Shown: positions 10,356 to 20,400 of the stretch, piece after piece
Layout of the letters: each line of letters starts with the position of its first letter
Position numbering within the stretch: the first letter of the stretch is position 1
NCBI GenBank assembly: GCA_964565945.1
Contig: CAZMGY010000021.1
Span: 180,001-212,000, forward strand
Length of the DNA: 32,000 bases
Direction: 5' to 3'
Origin: an uncultured bacterium
Lineage (GTDB): Bacteria > GCA-001730085
Position numbers and translations under genes: made by a program
Notes under the pieces: model-generated
What the model saw: only the letters and a program-made list of their open reading frames with translations
What the model was told of the DNA's origin: nothing
Databases searched by the model: none

Positions 10356-11016
10356 ATTAGATGCTGTGGTTTACTGTTTAGAACATAATGTTGCTAAGTT
10401 TTTGCAAGGTATGGCGGCCAATCATTTAGATGCTCAAGAAAATGCGTTTGTTGATGTGTCTGGTCGTGTGATTGCAACCTTTTTTCAAAGATCCATTGAT
10501 GGAGATCATTGGCTGATTTGTGTGTCACGTTTTGCTGAAAATGCTGTGAATAAGCATATTGCCAAATATGCTCGCTTAACCAAGACGCGCTATGAAAAAT
10601 GGACGCATCAAGTTTATGTAGATTCCGATCTTGATAGAGCTTTGAAGCCTAATGAACATAGACTAACTAGTTCCTGGGGGATGCTTTTGATTACCGATAG
10701 AGATGATGTTGCTATTCATGATGAAGAAGCGACGCGGGCTTGGCGTGTTCTGAATCATATGCCGTGGCATGGCGTGGACTATCATCAAGAGATGCTTCTC
10801 AATATCCACGCCGAGCGCTATGTGGCTTTTGATAAAGGATGTTTTTTGGGACAAGAGATTTTATCGCGTGTCCATTTTAAGTCGAAGCCACCCAAAAAGT
10901 TGATTGTTGTCTATAAGGAAGACTGCTCGGAACAAGACCAATCTCTAATCACCTCTTTAGGACCGTGTCTCGAAACGGGTCAGCTTAAAGGGTTTTTGTT
11001 TGTAAATAATAGCTAG
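10345..11016 (+). CDS. YgfZ/GcvT-fold folate-binding protein (Fe-S cluster maintenance family)
   Basis: DKGCFLGQEILSRVHF matches the YgfZ signature KGC[YF]xGQE. The likely start is ATG 10345, which overlaps the hemH stop by 11 nt, rather than the listed 10270, which would overlap hemH by 86 nt. Confidence 0.65.
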   Translation: MMHKLDAVVYCLEHNVAKFLQGMAANHLDAQENAFVDVSGRVIATFFQRSIDGDHWLICVSRFAENAVNKHIAKYARLTKTRYEKWTHQVYVDSDLDRALKPNEHRLTSSWGMLLITDRDDVAIHDEEATRAWRVLNHMPWHGVDYHQEMLLNIHAERYVAFDKGCFLGQEILSRVHFKSKPPKKLIVVYKEDCSEQDQSLITSLGPCLETGQLKGFLFVNNS

Positions 11017-11027
11017 GAAGAGGGTCT

Positions 11028-12266
11028 GTGAATATTTATTGGCTTATTATAGTTGGATTCATGCTTGTCCATGTTCTTTTTAAAAGCCTGGTGAATCAAT
11101 TGAATATTCGTTCCGCTCAGCAAGGAATTCCCTCAGAGTTTCACGAGCTTTACGACCATGTTCACTATCAAAAATCGCAGGCTTATCTTAAAAGAAATGA
11201 ATCCTTTGCGTTGGTGAAGCGGATGTTTTTTGTGACGATCATGCTTTTATTTTTGTTGGGTGATGGATTGCGTGTGGTTGACCAAGCTGTTCAGGTCTTT
11301 GCTTTGAATTCGGTCCAGCATGGTGTTGTGTATTTGGTCGCATTGATGTTAGTATTGGCTCTTCTAAAAATTCCTTTTGCTTACTATCATACGTTTGTGA
11401 TCGAGCAAGCGTTTGGTTTTAACCAGACAACACGTCGCACCTTTGTGGCCGATACTGTTAAAAGTCTTATCTTGACAGCTATTTTAGGGTTGCCTTTATT
11501 GAGCCTTGTCTTAAGTTTTTTTGACCATTTTGGCCAAAATGCATGGTTCTATGTTTTGGGGGCTGTGGCCTTGTATCAACTGGCTATTATGTTTATGGCG
11601 CCTGTCGTGATTATGCCGTTGTTTAATCGTTTTTCGCCTTTGGAAGAAGGAGAACTTAAGCAAGAAATAGAAACCTATGCTAGTCAACATCAATTCGGTC
11701 TTAAAGGTATTTTTACTATGGATGGCTCCAAGCGTTCCAATAAGAGTAATGCTTTTTTTACGGGGTTTGGCCGGATGCGACGAATTATCTTGTTTGACAC
11801 GTTGATTCAAAAGTTGAGCACACAAGAACTAATGGCTGTCTTGGCTCATGAAATGGGGCATTGCAAACGGGGGCATATATGGAAATCGACAGTAAGGTCC
11901 TTAATTGTTTTGGGTGTGAGCTTATGGGTTTTGTCTCTTTGTTTAAGTCATGGACCCTTGTTTGAATCGTTTGGTTTTGCTTCGCGACCTGTTTATGTTG
12001 GGCTGGTGTTATTTAGCTTAATTTTTGCGCCTTTGGAGTTTGTGATGGTGCTTATAGCTGCTATTCTATCGCGTCGCAATGAGTATGAGGCTGACCGCTA
12101 TTCGATTGAAACGTATCGTCAGCCACAAGCCATGATTGAGGCTTTGAAAAAACTGAGCGTTGATCATTTATCGAACTTGACGCCGCATCCGTGGAAAGTT
12201 TTTTTAGAGTATAGTCATCCCCCTGTCGTTGATAGAATTAAAGCCATAAGGAGTATTTTTCTATGA
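11028..12266 (+). CDS. M48-family zinc metallopeptidase (Ste24/HtpX-like, integral membrane)
   Basis: HEMGH zinc motif with the downstream third ligand in NEYEADRY. Multiple TM helices, and an N-terminal region typical of Ste24-type M48 enzymes. Confidence 0.85.
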   Translation: MNIYWLIIVGFMLVHVLFKSLVNQLNIRSAQQGIPSEFHELYDHVHYQKSQAYLKRNESFALVKRMFFVTIMLLFLLGDGLRVVDQAVQVFALNSVQHGVVYLVALMLVLALLKIPFAYYHTFVIEQAFGFNQTTRRTFVADTVKSLILTAILGLPLLSLVLSFFDHFGQNAWFYVLGAVALYQLAIMFMAPVVIMPLFNRFSPLEEGELKQEIETYASQHQFGLKGIFTMDGSKRSNKSNAFFTGFGRMRRIILFDTLIQKLSTQELMAVLAHEMGHCKRGHIWKSTVRSLIVLGVSLWVLSLCLSHGPLFESFGFASRPVYVGLVLFSLIFAPLEFVMVLIAAILSRRNEYEADRYSIETYRQPQAMIEALKKLSVDHLSNLTPHPWKVFLEYSHPPVVDRIKAIRSIFL

Positions 12267-14008
12267 GGGTTAAGTGGTTTTTGAGTTTAATGTATTTGAT
12301 GGCCTTGGGTTCTGGTTTGGGATGGGCGCAAGACCAGTATGTGCAGGCTGAGTTGATTGCGTCTTACGAACAGGTTCTCTCAGGACAATCTTTTCCTGTA
12401 TCAATTCGTTTAACCATGGCTGAAGGGTGGCATACCTACAGTAAGGATCCTGGCGAAGCGGGTGTGGCGACGCACATTATTTGGGACCTGCCTTCAGGTG
12501 TTTCCGTGTCCGAGATTAGCTGGCCTGATCCGATTGCTTTTGACACCAGTGGTGTGGTTAGTTATGGATATTCCGACAAAGTTGATTTAGTTTCGCATAT
12601 ATCTCTGCCTCTTAATTGGCCTATCGGGCAAGTTTTAGAGATTAAAGCTAAGGTTCAGTGGTTGGCGTGTAAAGAGATTTGCATTCCAGGAGAAGCTCCT
12701 GTTGCTTTATCTTTGGCAAGTGGAGCCGATGCTAAGATTAATGCTGCATATAACGCTATGTTTCAGGCAAAAGCTGTGTCTCAAAAGGTCTCCACCCAAG
12801 AGGAAGGTGGGAACAACTTGAGCTTTTGGTTTGCGGTTGTTTTGGCTTTTGTAGGAGGGCTGATTCTTAACCTGATGCCTTGTGTTTTACCTGTTGTATC
12901 ATTAAAGGTTATGAACTTTGTGCAACATGCTAATAATAACCCTAAGGTGCTGTGGAGGCATGGCTTGGTGTTTACTGGCGGCATTTTGGGTTCATTTTGG
13001 GTTCTTGTAGGCTTATTGATGGCTTTGCGAGCGGGTGGTCAACAGCTTGGATGGGGCTTTCAATTGCAGTCTCCTGCATTTGTTGCTTTTTTAGTCGTCT
13101 TTTTATTTATTTTTGCTTTGAACATGTTTGGTGTTTTCGAAGTTGGGAGTGGGTTAGGACGGTTTGCGCGCTTTTCTCAAGGTCGCGGGGGTTACATGGA
13201 ATCTTTTTTGAGCGGAGTTTTGGCGACGGTTGTGGCAACACCTTGCACCGCTCCATTTATGGGGCCCGCTCTAGGCTTTGCACTTACGCAACCTCTTGTG
13301 TCGGCATTTATGGTGTTTACTGCATTAGCCTTGGGGCTAGCATGCCCTTATCTGCTTTTGTCGGCTAATCCTCGTTGGATGAAGTGGTTACCAAAGCCTG
13401 GTGCTTGGATGGTGACGCTTAAACAGTTTATGGGTTTTCCTCTTTTGGCAACAGCCTTGTGGTTGCTTTGGGTTTTGAATTTGCAAACATCGGCGGATGT
13501 TGTGCTTAAGGTTTTGGGTGCATTGCTTGTGGTTGCTCTTGCTTATTGGGTTCATGGCCGATGGCAATGTCGGGTGTCTTTATTGGTGGCCGTGGGGGTT
13601 TTAGGAATTTCCTTGTTTTGGATGAAAGGAGAGTTAACGGTTTCTCATAAAAATCAGATGTGGATTCCTTTTAAGAAGTCCGAAGTTGTTGCCTATCGAA
13701 AGCAAGGTCGTGCTGTATTTGTTAATTTTACTGCTGCTTGGTGTTTGACGTGTCAGGTGAATAAAAAAACAACTTTGCAGCGTCCCGCGGTTTTGAAGTT
13801 ACTTGAACAACACCAGGTGGTTTTAATGCAAGCGGATTGGACCAAAAAAGATCCGCACATCACCAAGATTCTTGAATCGTTTGGGAGATCAGGTGTACCC
13901 CTTTATGTCTTTTATCCAGCTAATCGTTCTTTAGAACCGCGGATACTGCCAACGGTGTTGAACCCTCAAATTATTCGCGAGCTATTGGTTCAGTCTAAGG
14001 ACGTTTAA
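12263..14008 (+). CDS. dsbD: thiol:disulfide interchange protein DsbD-family reductase
   Basis: Three-module architecture. A signal peptide plus periplasmic N-domain carries CKEIC. The central polytopic domain carries the CVLP and PCTAP cysteines. The C-terminal thioredoxin fold carries WCLTC. The start overlaps the M48 stop (ATGA). Confidence 0.88.
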   Translation: MRVKWFLSLMYLMALGSGLGWAQDQYVQAELIASYEQVLSGQSFPVSIRLTMAEGWHTYSKDPGEAGVATHIIWDLPSGVSVSEISWPDPIAFDTSGVVSYGYSDKVDLVSHISLPLNWPIGQVLEIKAKVQWLACKEICIPGEAPVALSLASGADAKINAAYNAMFQAKAVSQKVSTQEEGGNNLSFWFAVVLAFVGGLILNLMPCVLPVVSLKVMNFVQHANNNPKVLWRHGLVFTGGILGSFWVLVGLLMALRAGGQQLGWGFQLQSPAFVAFLVVFLFIFALNMFGVFEVGSGLGRFARFSQGRGGYMESFLSGVLATVVATPCTAPFMGPALGFALTQPLVSAFMVFTALALGLACPYLLLSANPRWMKWLPKPGAWMVTLKQFMGFPLLATALWLLWVLNLQTSADVVLKVLGALLVVALAYWVHGRWQCRVSLLVAVGVLGISLFWMKGELTVSHKNQMWIPFKKSEVVAYRKQGRAVFVNFTAAWCLTCQVNKKTTLQRPAVLKLLEQHQVVLMQADWTKKDPHITKILESFGRSGVPLYVFYPANRSLEPRILPTVLNPQIIRELLVQSKDV

Positions 14009-15197
14009 GGCAAGGTTCTCGAAGAGGTGTATATGCCCATGAGGGCGCTATGTGAATGGTGAAGCTAAGCTTAGGGTAGATGTTTTGCAAAGCATACTGG
14101 AGCTCTTCAGTAATGGCGGGGATTTTTCCTTTGTAGCTAAATTTGAGAGACACGTTAAAAATAACTTTGCTGGGGGGGGCAAGTTTATCAATAATACGCA
14201 AAGCATAAAAGGTGTGGATACGTTGATCTTCGGCAATAAGAGTGTGGATAGTGTCTGAGATGGCTTTATAAAAAGGATGATCGGGGTTGATGGGGTCGGT
14301 GTGCACAACCACTGTAGCATGAAGCACTTTTTGAATATCCTGTTCCACTTTTTCGGAAATATTATGCGCTTCGATTAAGCTGAGTTTGTCGGAAATTTCA
14401 ATATGAACAGACAATAAGCGATTATGGCCATATTTATGGTAAACGATATCGTGAATATTAGAGATCTTCGGTTGGGCTAGGGTGATTTCGGAAACGGCTT
14501 GGAGTTCGTCTTTTGTGGGAGGGGCTCCGATAAGTGGATGGATTGCATGCTTCGCTGCGCCAAAGGCTGTCCACATAATCCAGAGTGAAATGATAATACC
14601 CACGAGGCTGTCAAGGAAGTTTACATCAATTTCGGATGCGAGAAAAGCTAAGATGACTAACAAAGAGGACAGTGCGTCCGAACGATGATGATGCCCTTCG
14701 GCTTTGAGCGATGTGGACTGGGTGATTCTAGCTAGGCTAAAAGAAACTTGAGCTAAGACTTCATTAATGAAAAGTGTAATGACGATGATGAGATAAACTA
14801 GGGGCGAAGGAGAAGCTATGTGATGAGAGGGGATGTCTTGGAGTGAGGATTTGAGAATTTCATAACCGGCAACTAGTAAGAAGCCTGACATGATTAAGGT
14901 GGTGATGAATTCGATCTGTCCATGCCCAAAGGGATGTTCCTTGTCGGGAGGTTTGCTTGAAGCTCTTAATCCAATCATGATAGCGATGGAGGAAAAAGAG
15001 TCCGAAAGAGAATGAAATGCATCTGCAATCAGCGCGTGGCTATGTAAAATTTGTCCAAAAGTCAGCTTTAAAACGAACATAATGATATTAGTGGTGATAC
15101 TAAGGATGCCCTCACACAGGCCTGCGCGCGCGCGCTGTTCGGGGATGGTTCTGGAGCCATTCTGAGTGATCCATGTGTGGAGGATGCGTCTCACCAT
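13995..15197 (-). CDS. cation diffusion facilitator (CDF) family metal efflux transporter
   Basis: Six TM helices with the CDF metal-site motifs HSLSDSFSS (TM2) and HHRSDALSS (TM5), followed by a cytoplasmic C-terminal domain. Roughly 90 extra C-terminal residues. Convergent 14-nt overlap with dsbD. Confidence 0.9.
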   Translation of the reverse strand: MVRRILHTWITQNGSRTIPEQRARAGLCEGILSITTNIIMFVLKLTFGQILHSHALIADAFHSLSDSFSSIAIMIGLRASSKPPDKEHPFGHGQIEFITTLIMSGFLLVAGYEILKSSLQDIPSHHIASPSPLVYLIIVITLFINEVLAQVSFSLARITQSTSLKAEGHHHRSDALSSLLVILAFLASEIDVNFLDSLVGIIISLWIMWTAFGAAKHAIHPLIGAPPTKDELQAVSEITLAQPKISNIHDIVYHKYGHNRLLSVHIEISDKLSLIEAHNISEKVEQDIQKVLHATVVVHTDPINPDHPFYKAISDTIHTLIAEDQRIHTFYALRIIDKLAPPSKVIFNVSLKFSYKGKIPAITEELQYALQNIYPKLSFTIHIAPSWAYTPLREPCLKRP

Positions 15198-15386
15198 ACT
15201 CTTAGTGTAACACTCTCTCGCGGTGGTTTGTTTACTTAAATGAGAAAACTCTTAACAGAATAGGAAGTTTTGAGTATTGTTGACACCAAAAAAGGAGGCT
15301 TTTTGCATTTTTTTGTAACAATGTGCTATAGAAATAGTTTTACAGAGAGGAAGGGTTAACCTGAATCATAAGATAAGGAAAGAGTC

Positions 15387-16286
15387 ATGGAACCACTATG
15401 TTTTTCAAGAGATCATATCTCCAGTTTTGATGGCTTGATGACTGCTAATCAAAAAGTACTTCAAATTATCGATAAAGCTAAACAAGTAGCGGTATCAGAT
15501 TTGCCAGTTCTGATAGTTGGAGAAAAAGGTACTGGTAAAATGAGTTTTGCTACATCCATCCATTCCCATAGCAGTTATAAGGAAGGTGCATTTCTTGTTC
15601 TGGAATCTAAAGATTTGGATGAAAACCTTTTGCAAGAGTCTATCAGTGATTGTGGTCAGGGTACTTGTGTGATTAAGGATGTTTCTTTGCTTAATTTGGC
15701 GAGTCAGAATGAATTGTTGATGTTATTATATCAGTCCATGCAAGACAGGGCGGTACGTTTTGTGGTTACCTCTGTGGTGCCCTTAGGTCACTTAGTCAAA
15801 ACAGGACAATTTTTGAAAAATTTGTTTATTTTGCTTAGCCAAGTAACCTTGGAGTTGCCTTCTTTGCATAAACGTCGTGATGATATTGCGTTGTTGATTC
15901 AATATTTCATTGGTGAATACAACGCCGAATTCAATCGACAAGTTGAGTGTGTGTCTAATGTGGCGTTGAGTTATTTGATTGGGTATGCCTGGCCGGGAAA
16001 TGTTGAAGAATTAAGGAGTGTTGTGAAAAAGGCGGTGGCTTTATCGGAACGGAATATTTTATGGTTGGAAGATATTTCCTTAAAAATTACCTTAACCAAC
16101 GAGGCCATGCTTAAAGGTGATGCGTCATCTCATTTGTCTCTTAAGTACCTGGAGAAAGAGCATATCGAAAAAGTATTACAAATTTTTCGTTGGAATAAAT
16201 CCAAGGCAGCTAAGGCGCTTAAAATATCGAGACCACGTCTCGATCGTAAAATTCAAGAGTACCAGCTCAAAAAAGATTTGTCTTAA
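15387..16286 (+). CDS. degenerate sigma-54-activator (bEBP)-like AAA+ / Fis-HTH transcriptional regulator, no receiver domain
   Basis: Walker A-like GEKGTGK, YAWPGNVEELRSVV (the bEBP sensor-II region) and a C-terminal Fis-type HTH (NKSKAAKALKISRPRLDRKI). The GAFTGA segment is absent and Walker B reads VIKDV. Confidence 0.8.
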   Translation: MEPLCFSRDHISSFDGLMTANQKVLQIIDKAKQVAVSDLPVLIVGEKGTGKMSFATSIHSHSSYKEGAFLVLESKDLDENLLQESISDCGQGTCVIKDVSLLNLASQNELLMLLYQSMQDRAVRFVVTSVVPLGHLVKTGQFLKNLFILLSQVTLELPSLHKRRDDIALLIQYFIGEYNAEFNRQVECVSNVALSYLIGYAWPGNVEELRSVVKKAVALSERNILWLEDISLKITLTNEAMLKGDASSHLSLKYLEKEHIEKVLQIFRWNKSKAAKALKISRPRLDRKIQEYQLKKDLS

Positions 16287-17408
16287 ACCAAGGTGTGTTT
16301 GGTAAGAATCGTTTGATAGCAGTGTTCGGTTGCTAAAGCCTGTTTTCCTAAGTTAAAATGATTTTCTACAAGAGAGCGAGTTATGTATCCCATCGTCGCT
16401 CTTTGAGAAGGACTTGTGTTGACCATCTTATGTATGGCGCGCAATAAGGATTTGCTGTTCAAGTCAAAGGTAAAACCATTCGCTTGTTCGGGGACATACT
16501 CGGGCAAAATTCCTTGATTGGCAACCAAGAGAGGCTTGCCCAAGGACATGGCTTCGAGTACTGCTCGACAGGAGCCGTCGAAGCCATGAACAAGGAGCAG
16601 CTTGATGTCGATTAAATTCAAAACTTAGGTATAGTCTTTGTCTCGGTAACCTACTAGGTGGACCTTGGAGGCTAAGCCTAAGGTGTCAATCCAGTGCAGG
16701 ATTTCCTGACGATGACAACCTCCTCGTCCTATCAAGACCAGTTGGACATCTGGTATGGAATCACTCAGTTTCTTAAAAGCTTCGAAAAGAAGGAAAGACT
16801 CTCGAGGACGTTGGAATCGTGCCACAACCCCGAAGGTCAGGTATGAGGGATGAAGCTGGAGTTCTTCGCGTTTAGAGATTTGTTTAGGGTGAGGTTTTAG
16901 GCTGGAGGTATTAGGAAGTGCTTGGAGTTAGGGGTTTTGGGAGTTGTGGTCGAAAAGTGTTTGAGAGTTATCGATCTAGGCGGATAGTTTACGAATGGCC
17001 CAACGGTGAAACGCATGGTTGTGTAAACGGTGGCTAAGGTGGTTGCTATAGACAAGTTTGTGGATGTGTTCTGAAGATCCAAGAGAAGTGTGCCTATCAC
17101 AAAGTTGTGGGAAAGGTGCATATGAACAATATCAAAAGCATGGCGTTGAACAAAGTTGGCGAGATCTTGGATATCGTGCCATTGATCTTTTAGGTTGCGT
17201 ATGGACCAATATTTATTGAGTTTAAGTTCCGATGAGACGGAGACTTGTATGCAGCTTTATGAATCAGGAGGGGCTTAGGGTGATTGTGTGGCCATCGACA
17301 AGCAAATATTGTTTGATGACCACGTAAATCCAGGTTTTGGCAAATTTGCAAGACGGAGTCTGCGGGATCTGTCTATTTCCAATCGCTGTAAAGATGGAGG
17401 ATCTTCAT
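16283..17408 (-). pseudogene. GT4-family (GT-B) glycosyltransferase pseudogene with at least four disruptions
   Basis: Fragments in three frames together reconstruct a GT4 enzyme: MKILHLYSDWK*, then DIVHMHLSHN, then FGVVARFQRPRESFLLFEAFKKL...LVLIGRGG, then *, then AVLEAMSLGKPLLVAN..ILPEYV. Nonsense codons lie at 17373-17375 (TAG) and 16625-16627 (TAA). Frameshifts lie near 17230-17270 and 16900-16960. Confidence 0.8.
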
Positions 17409-17413
17409 AAAGT

Positions 17414-20400
17414 TTAAGACTCCATATAAATATCGATACGGTTAGTTTTTGTCGTCAATGCTTTGTTAAGAAGGGGTTGACTGATACGTAATCCACCCAT
17501 ACGATAGGGATTATTTTCTCTTTGAGTTTCGATATTTTGTTTATTAACAAGCACGCGTTGCAAACCACAGGCGTTCGCTTGAATATGAAAGTAGAAATCA
17601 ACATCGTGCGATCCAATTCGACGGCTTAATTTAACATCGTTGAGTTCTACTGGTAATACTGGATCAAGTACCAGGTCGTCAAAAGAAGGACGAATACCAA
17701 AAAAGTGTGAAATTACTTGATTATTAAAGATTCCAGGACCGCTTGAGTAAATGCGCCAGCCACCTTTAACTTGGGTTGCACCTGTTTTGAGTTTATGAAA
17801 GCCTTTTTTAGCCAAATAGCGATCTTTAAAGTTTCCATCTGAACTACTAAAGTAAGAGTTGCTTTGCCTTAAGATGGCATTAGGAACACTTTTGTTGATG
17901 GTGATAGGAATGATTTTGAGAATAGCTTTGTAGGCCTTATCGGACGCTCCAATTTTACACATGGCTTCGATATAGCGGATGTGTGCATGCACATACTGAA
18001 TACCAATTTCGCGACCCCAATTGGCTGCTTCATCGGCACGACGGAAATACAAGCGCGGCCCACCTTTGTAAGTCACCGGTTCATTCATAAGGTGGACACC
18101 ATCAGGGAAATCAAGGTGATCTTCGATGATTTTGAGGTGATCTTTCATTTGAGCTGGCTCAAAAAGCTCGGCAATCATACTGCGTGTCATAGGAAGGAGG
18201 CGATATTTGAGCCCCAACTTTTTATCGGATGGATGAAGCATATAGTCGATTGATGAGTTTTCTCTAAAGTAGATAAATCCACTCACCACACCATCTTTGA
18301 TAAGGTATTGGTTAAAGTCTTTCTTGATGTTGCTTCGTAGTTTGTTCAAACGATCGGCAAAGGCCTTCTCGCTGGTTTTGGCGACCACTTGCTCGAGCTG
18401 TCCGAATGATTGATAGGTTAGAGCAACACTCCAAGTGCTGACCATATTCGAGCACATACTTTCGTCGGCTGGTTGGAGCGTATCATCCCAATCGCCTTCT
18501 CCATAACAAGAGAGGTGTGTATTGGGGATAAATTTGGCCACAATGGCCTCAACGGTGCGTTTGGCATGATCTAAGATGCTAACGGGCTCTCTGGTCAATT
18601 CAAACGTGTTGTGGTCCATAAAGGGGACTTTTTCTTTAAGAAAGCTAAAGTCGTTACTAGCTTCAATGTAGCTGGCAAGAGCCCTCAAAGGCCAAATGAT
18701 AATGTCGCCATGACTTTCGGCATGTTGAATTTTGACATAGCGATCAAACATGAACCACTGAGGCCAGTCGGCTGTTGCAACATACTGTTGTTGAAAAACC
18801 ATTTTAAGAATTTCTTTAACTGGCTTGGTGTGTCCCATTGATAGCAAAAGCTCGAGAGGGCCTTGGCACACATCTCGCAATCCCCAAGCTCCACCACTAA
18901 ATTGTTCGAGTCCATGAGGTGTTGAGTAGTGAATCATCCCATTATGAAGATACCAAAAAACAATATCATTGATCTTAGATACATTTTCGTTATCAGCTAA
19001 CTCAATAGAAAAGTTTTGCCCTAAGGTTTGTGTCCAAAAAGACATGTTGTCTATATGATCTTGATCGAAATACGGTTGTGTTTTGGCCGAAGCTTGGGAA
19101 CGTTTTTTTGCTTTTGCGGGATCAAATAGGTCGCCAGTTATGCTAAGGCTAAAGTTTTGTGTGGCTTTGGTTTTAAATACAACATAAGGCCAGCTTTGAG
19201 ATTGACCGTCCAGATTAATGAATGCATCGTCGCCAATTGATTCGATTTGATCGGGTGTGGCCGATGTTACATAGAAGCTTGCGTCTGGATAAGTGTTTTT
19301 GAGCAAGCAGTCCGAACTGCATCTTGCTTGAACGGTAAAGGTTTCTGGATCAATGTCGACGTCAATGGTATTATCCCACTCATTGTTGCCCACGGTTAAG
19401 TTATTGGAAACTAAAAACGTATGATTTTTGTTGGATTGAACCTCCAAATGACAGATTGGTTCCTTGGGGGAAACCCATGCTTTGATGGTGATTACATCGT
19501 TGGCAAGTTTATAAATCCATCGTGTAAAGTCTGGAGCGACTTCGTAAGCAGAGGGCAGGTTTAGCAGCTGCCATTGGCCGTTGCGCTCGATAAAAATACG
19601 TTGACCACTTGATTTGAAAATATTGAGTGGAGAACGTGTGATTGATAGAAATTTATTGAAGGACGTGTTTCCTATGGTTACGTGGGAGTGAAATATGCCA
19701 TACATATAATTGGTGCTGCTAAGTACTTGATCATTGCCAGGGTTAAGATCTTGACCACTGCGGATGATATGTCCATGAGGACGTTCGCATAAAAGTTCTT
19801 TGCTCTTAAGCGAAACATAGTGATGCTGATCATAAAAGAAAGACAGGAGTCGGTTGTTGTTTTGTTCGCAGTGACGGTGTTCCCCTGGAAAAAAAGAGAC
19901 TAAATCCTGATCGTTAAGATTTTCTCCGTTGATTAAGCTAGGGCTGTTAAATAAAGAAAAAGATAACGGAGCTTGTTTTTCGCCATCAATAGCCACAAGA
20001 CGTTGCTGTGCTGCGAGGCACGCTTCTTGGATGGCTTGTGCGTCATTGTCACTGGTTGCTTCGGGATGATCAAATTCCAGGTGTGCAAAAAAGTTAAATG
20101 AGGAGGAGTCTTTGCTTTTGAGTGTCATAGCTTCGGTTTGAAGGCCGATAAAGGCAAACTCGTATTGTCTTTTTTCGCTGATAAGCTTCTCTTGGGTGAG
20201 TGCTTCGGGAACGCCAGTTTCTTTGTAAGATAAGCCATAAAAGTCAAATCCATCGGTAACATAGCCCACGGTTTTTTGTAGGCATCCTTGAATGAGCCAT
20301 GGATGACCTTGAGGAGGTGTTTTTTGATTTTGACGTGATGCAACAGTGTAGCCTTGAGCATTAGAAAAAATGTAATGATCAATGTATTGACAGCAGTAAG

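Noticed and set aside
12952-13368. 138-aa plus-strand ORF in an alternative frame inside dsbD
   Set aside because: It overlaps the conserved polytopic DsbD core in another frame, has no RBS and no recognisable motifs.
14172-14179. G8 run (C8 on the coding strand, encoding A-P-P) in the CDF transporter gene, and a G7 run in atpC (6042-6048), considered as phase-variation sites
   Set aside because: These are housekeeping genes with intact frames. Their presence suggests that G/C runs of 7-8 are part of the genomic background, which also tempers the C9 and G8 findings above.
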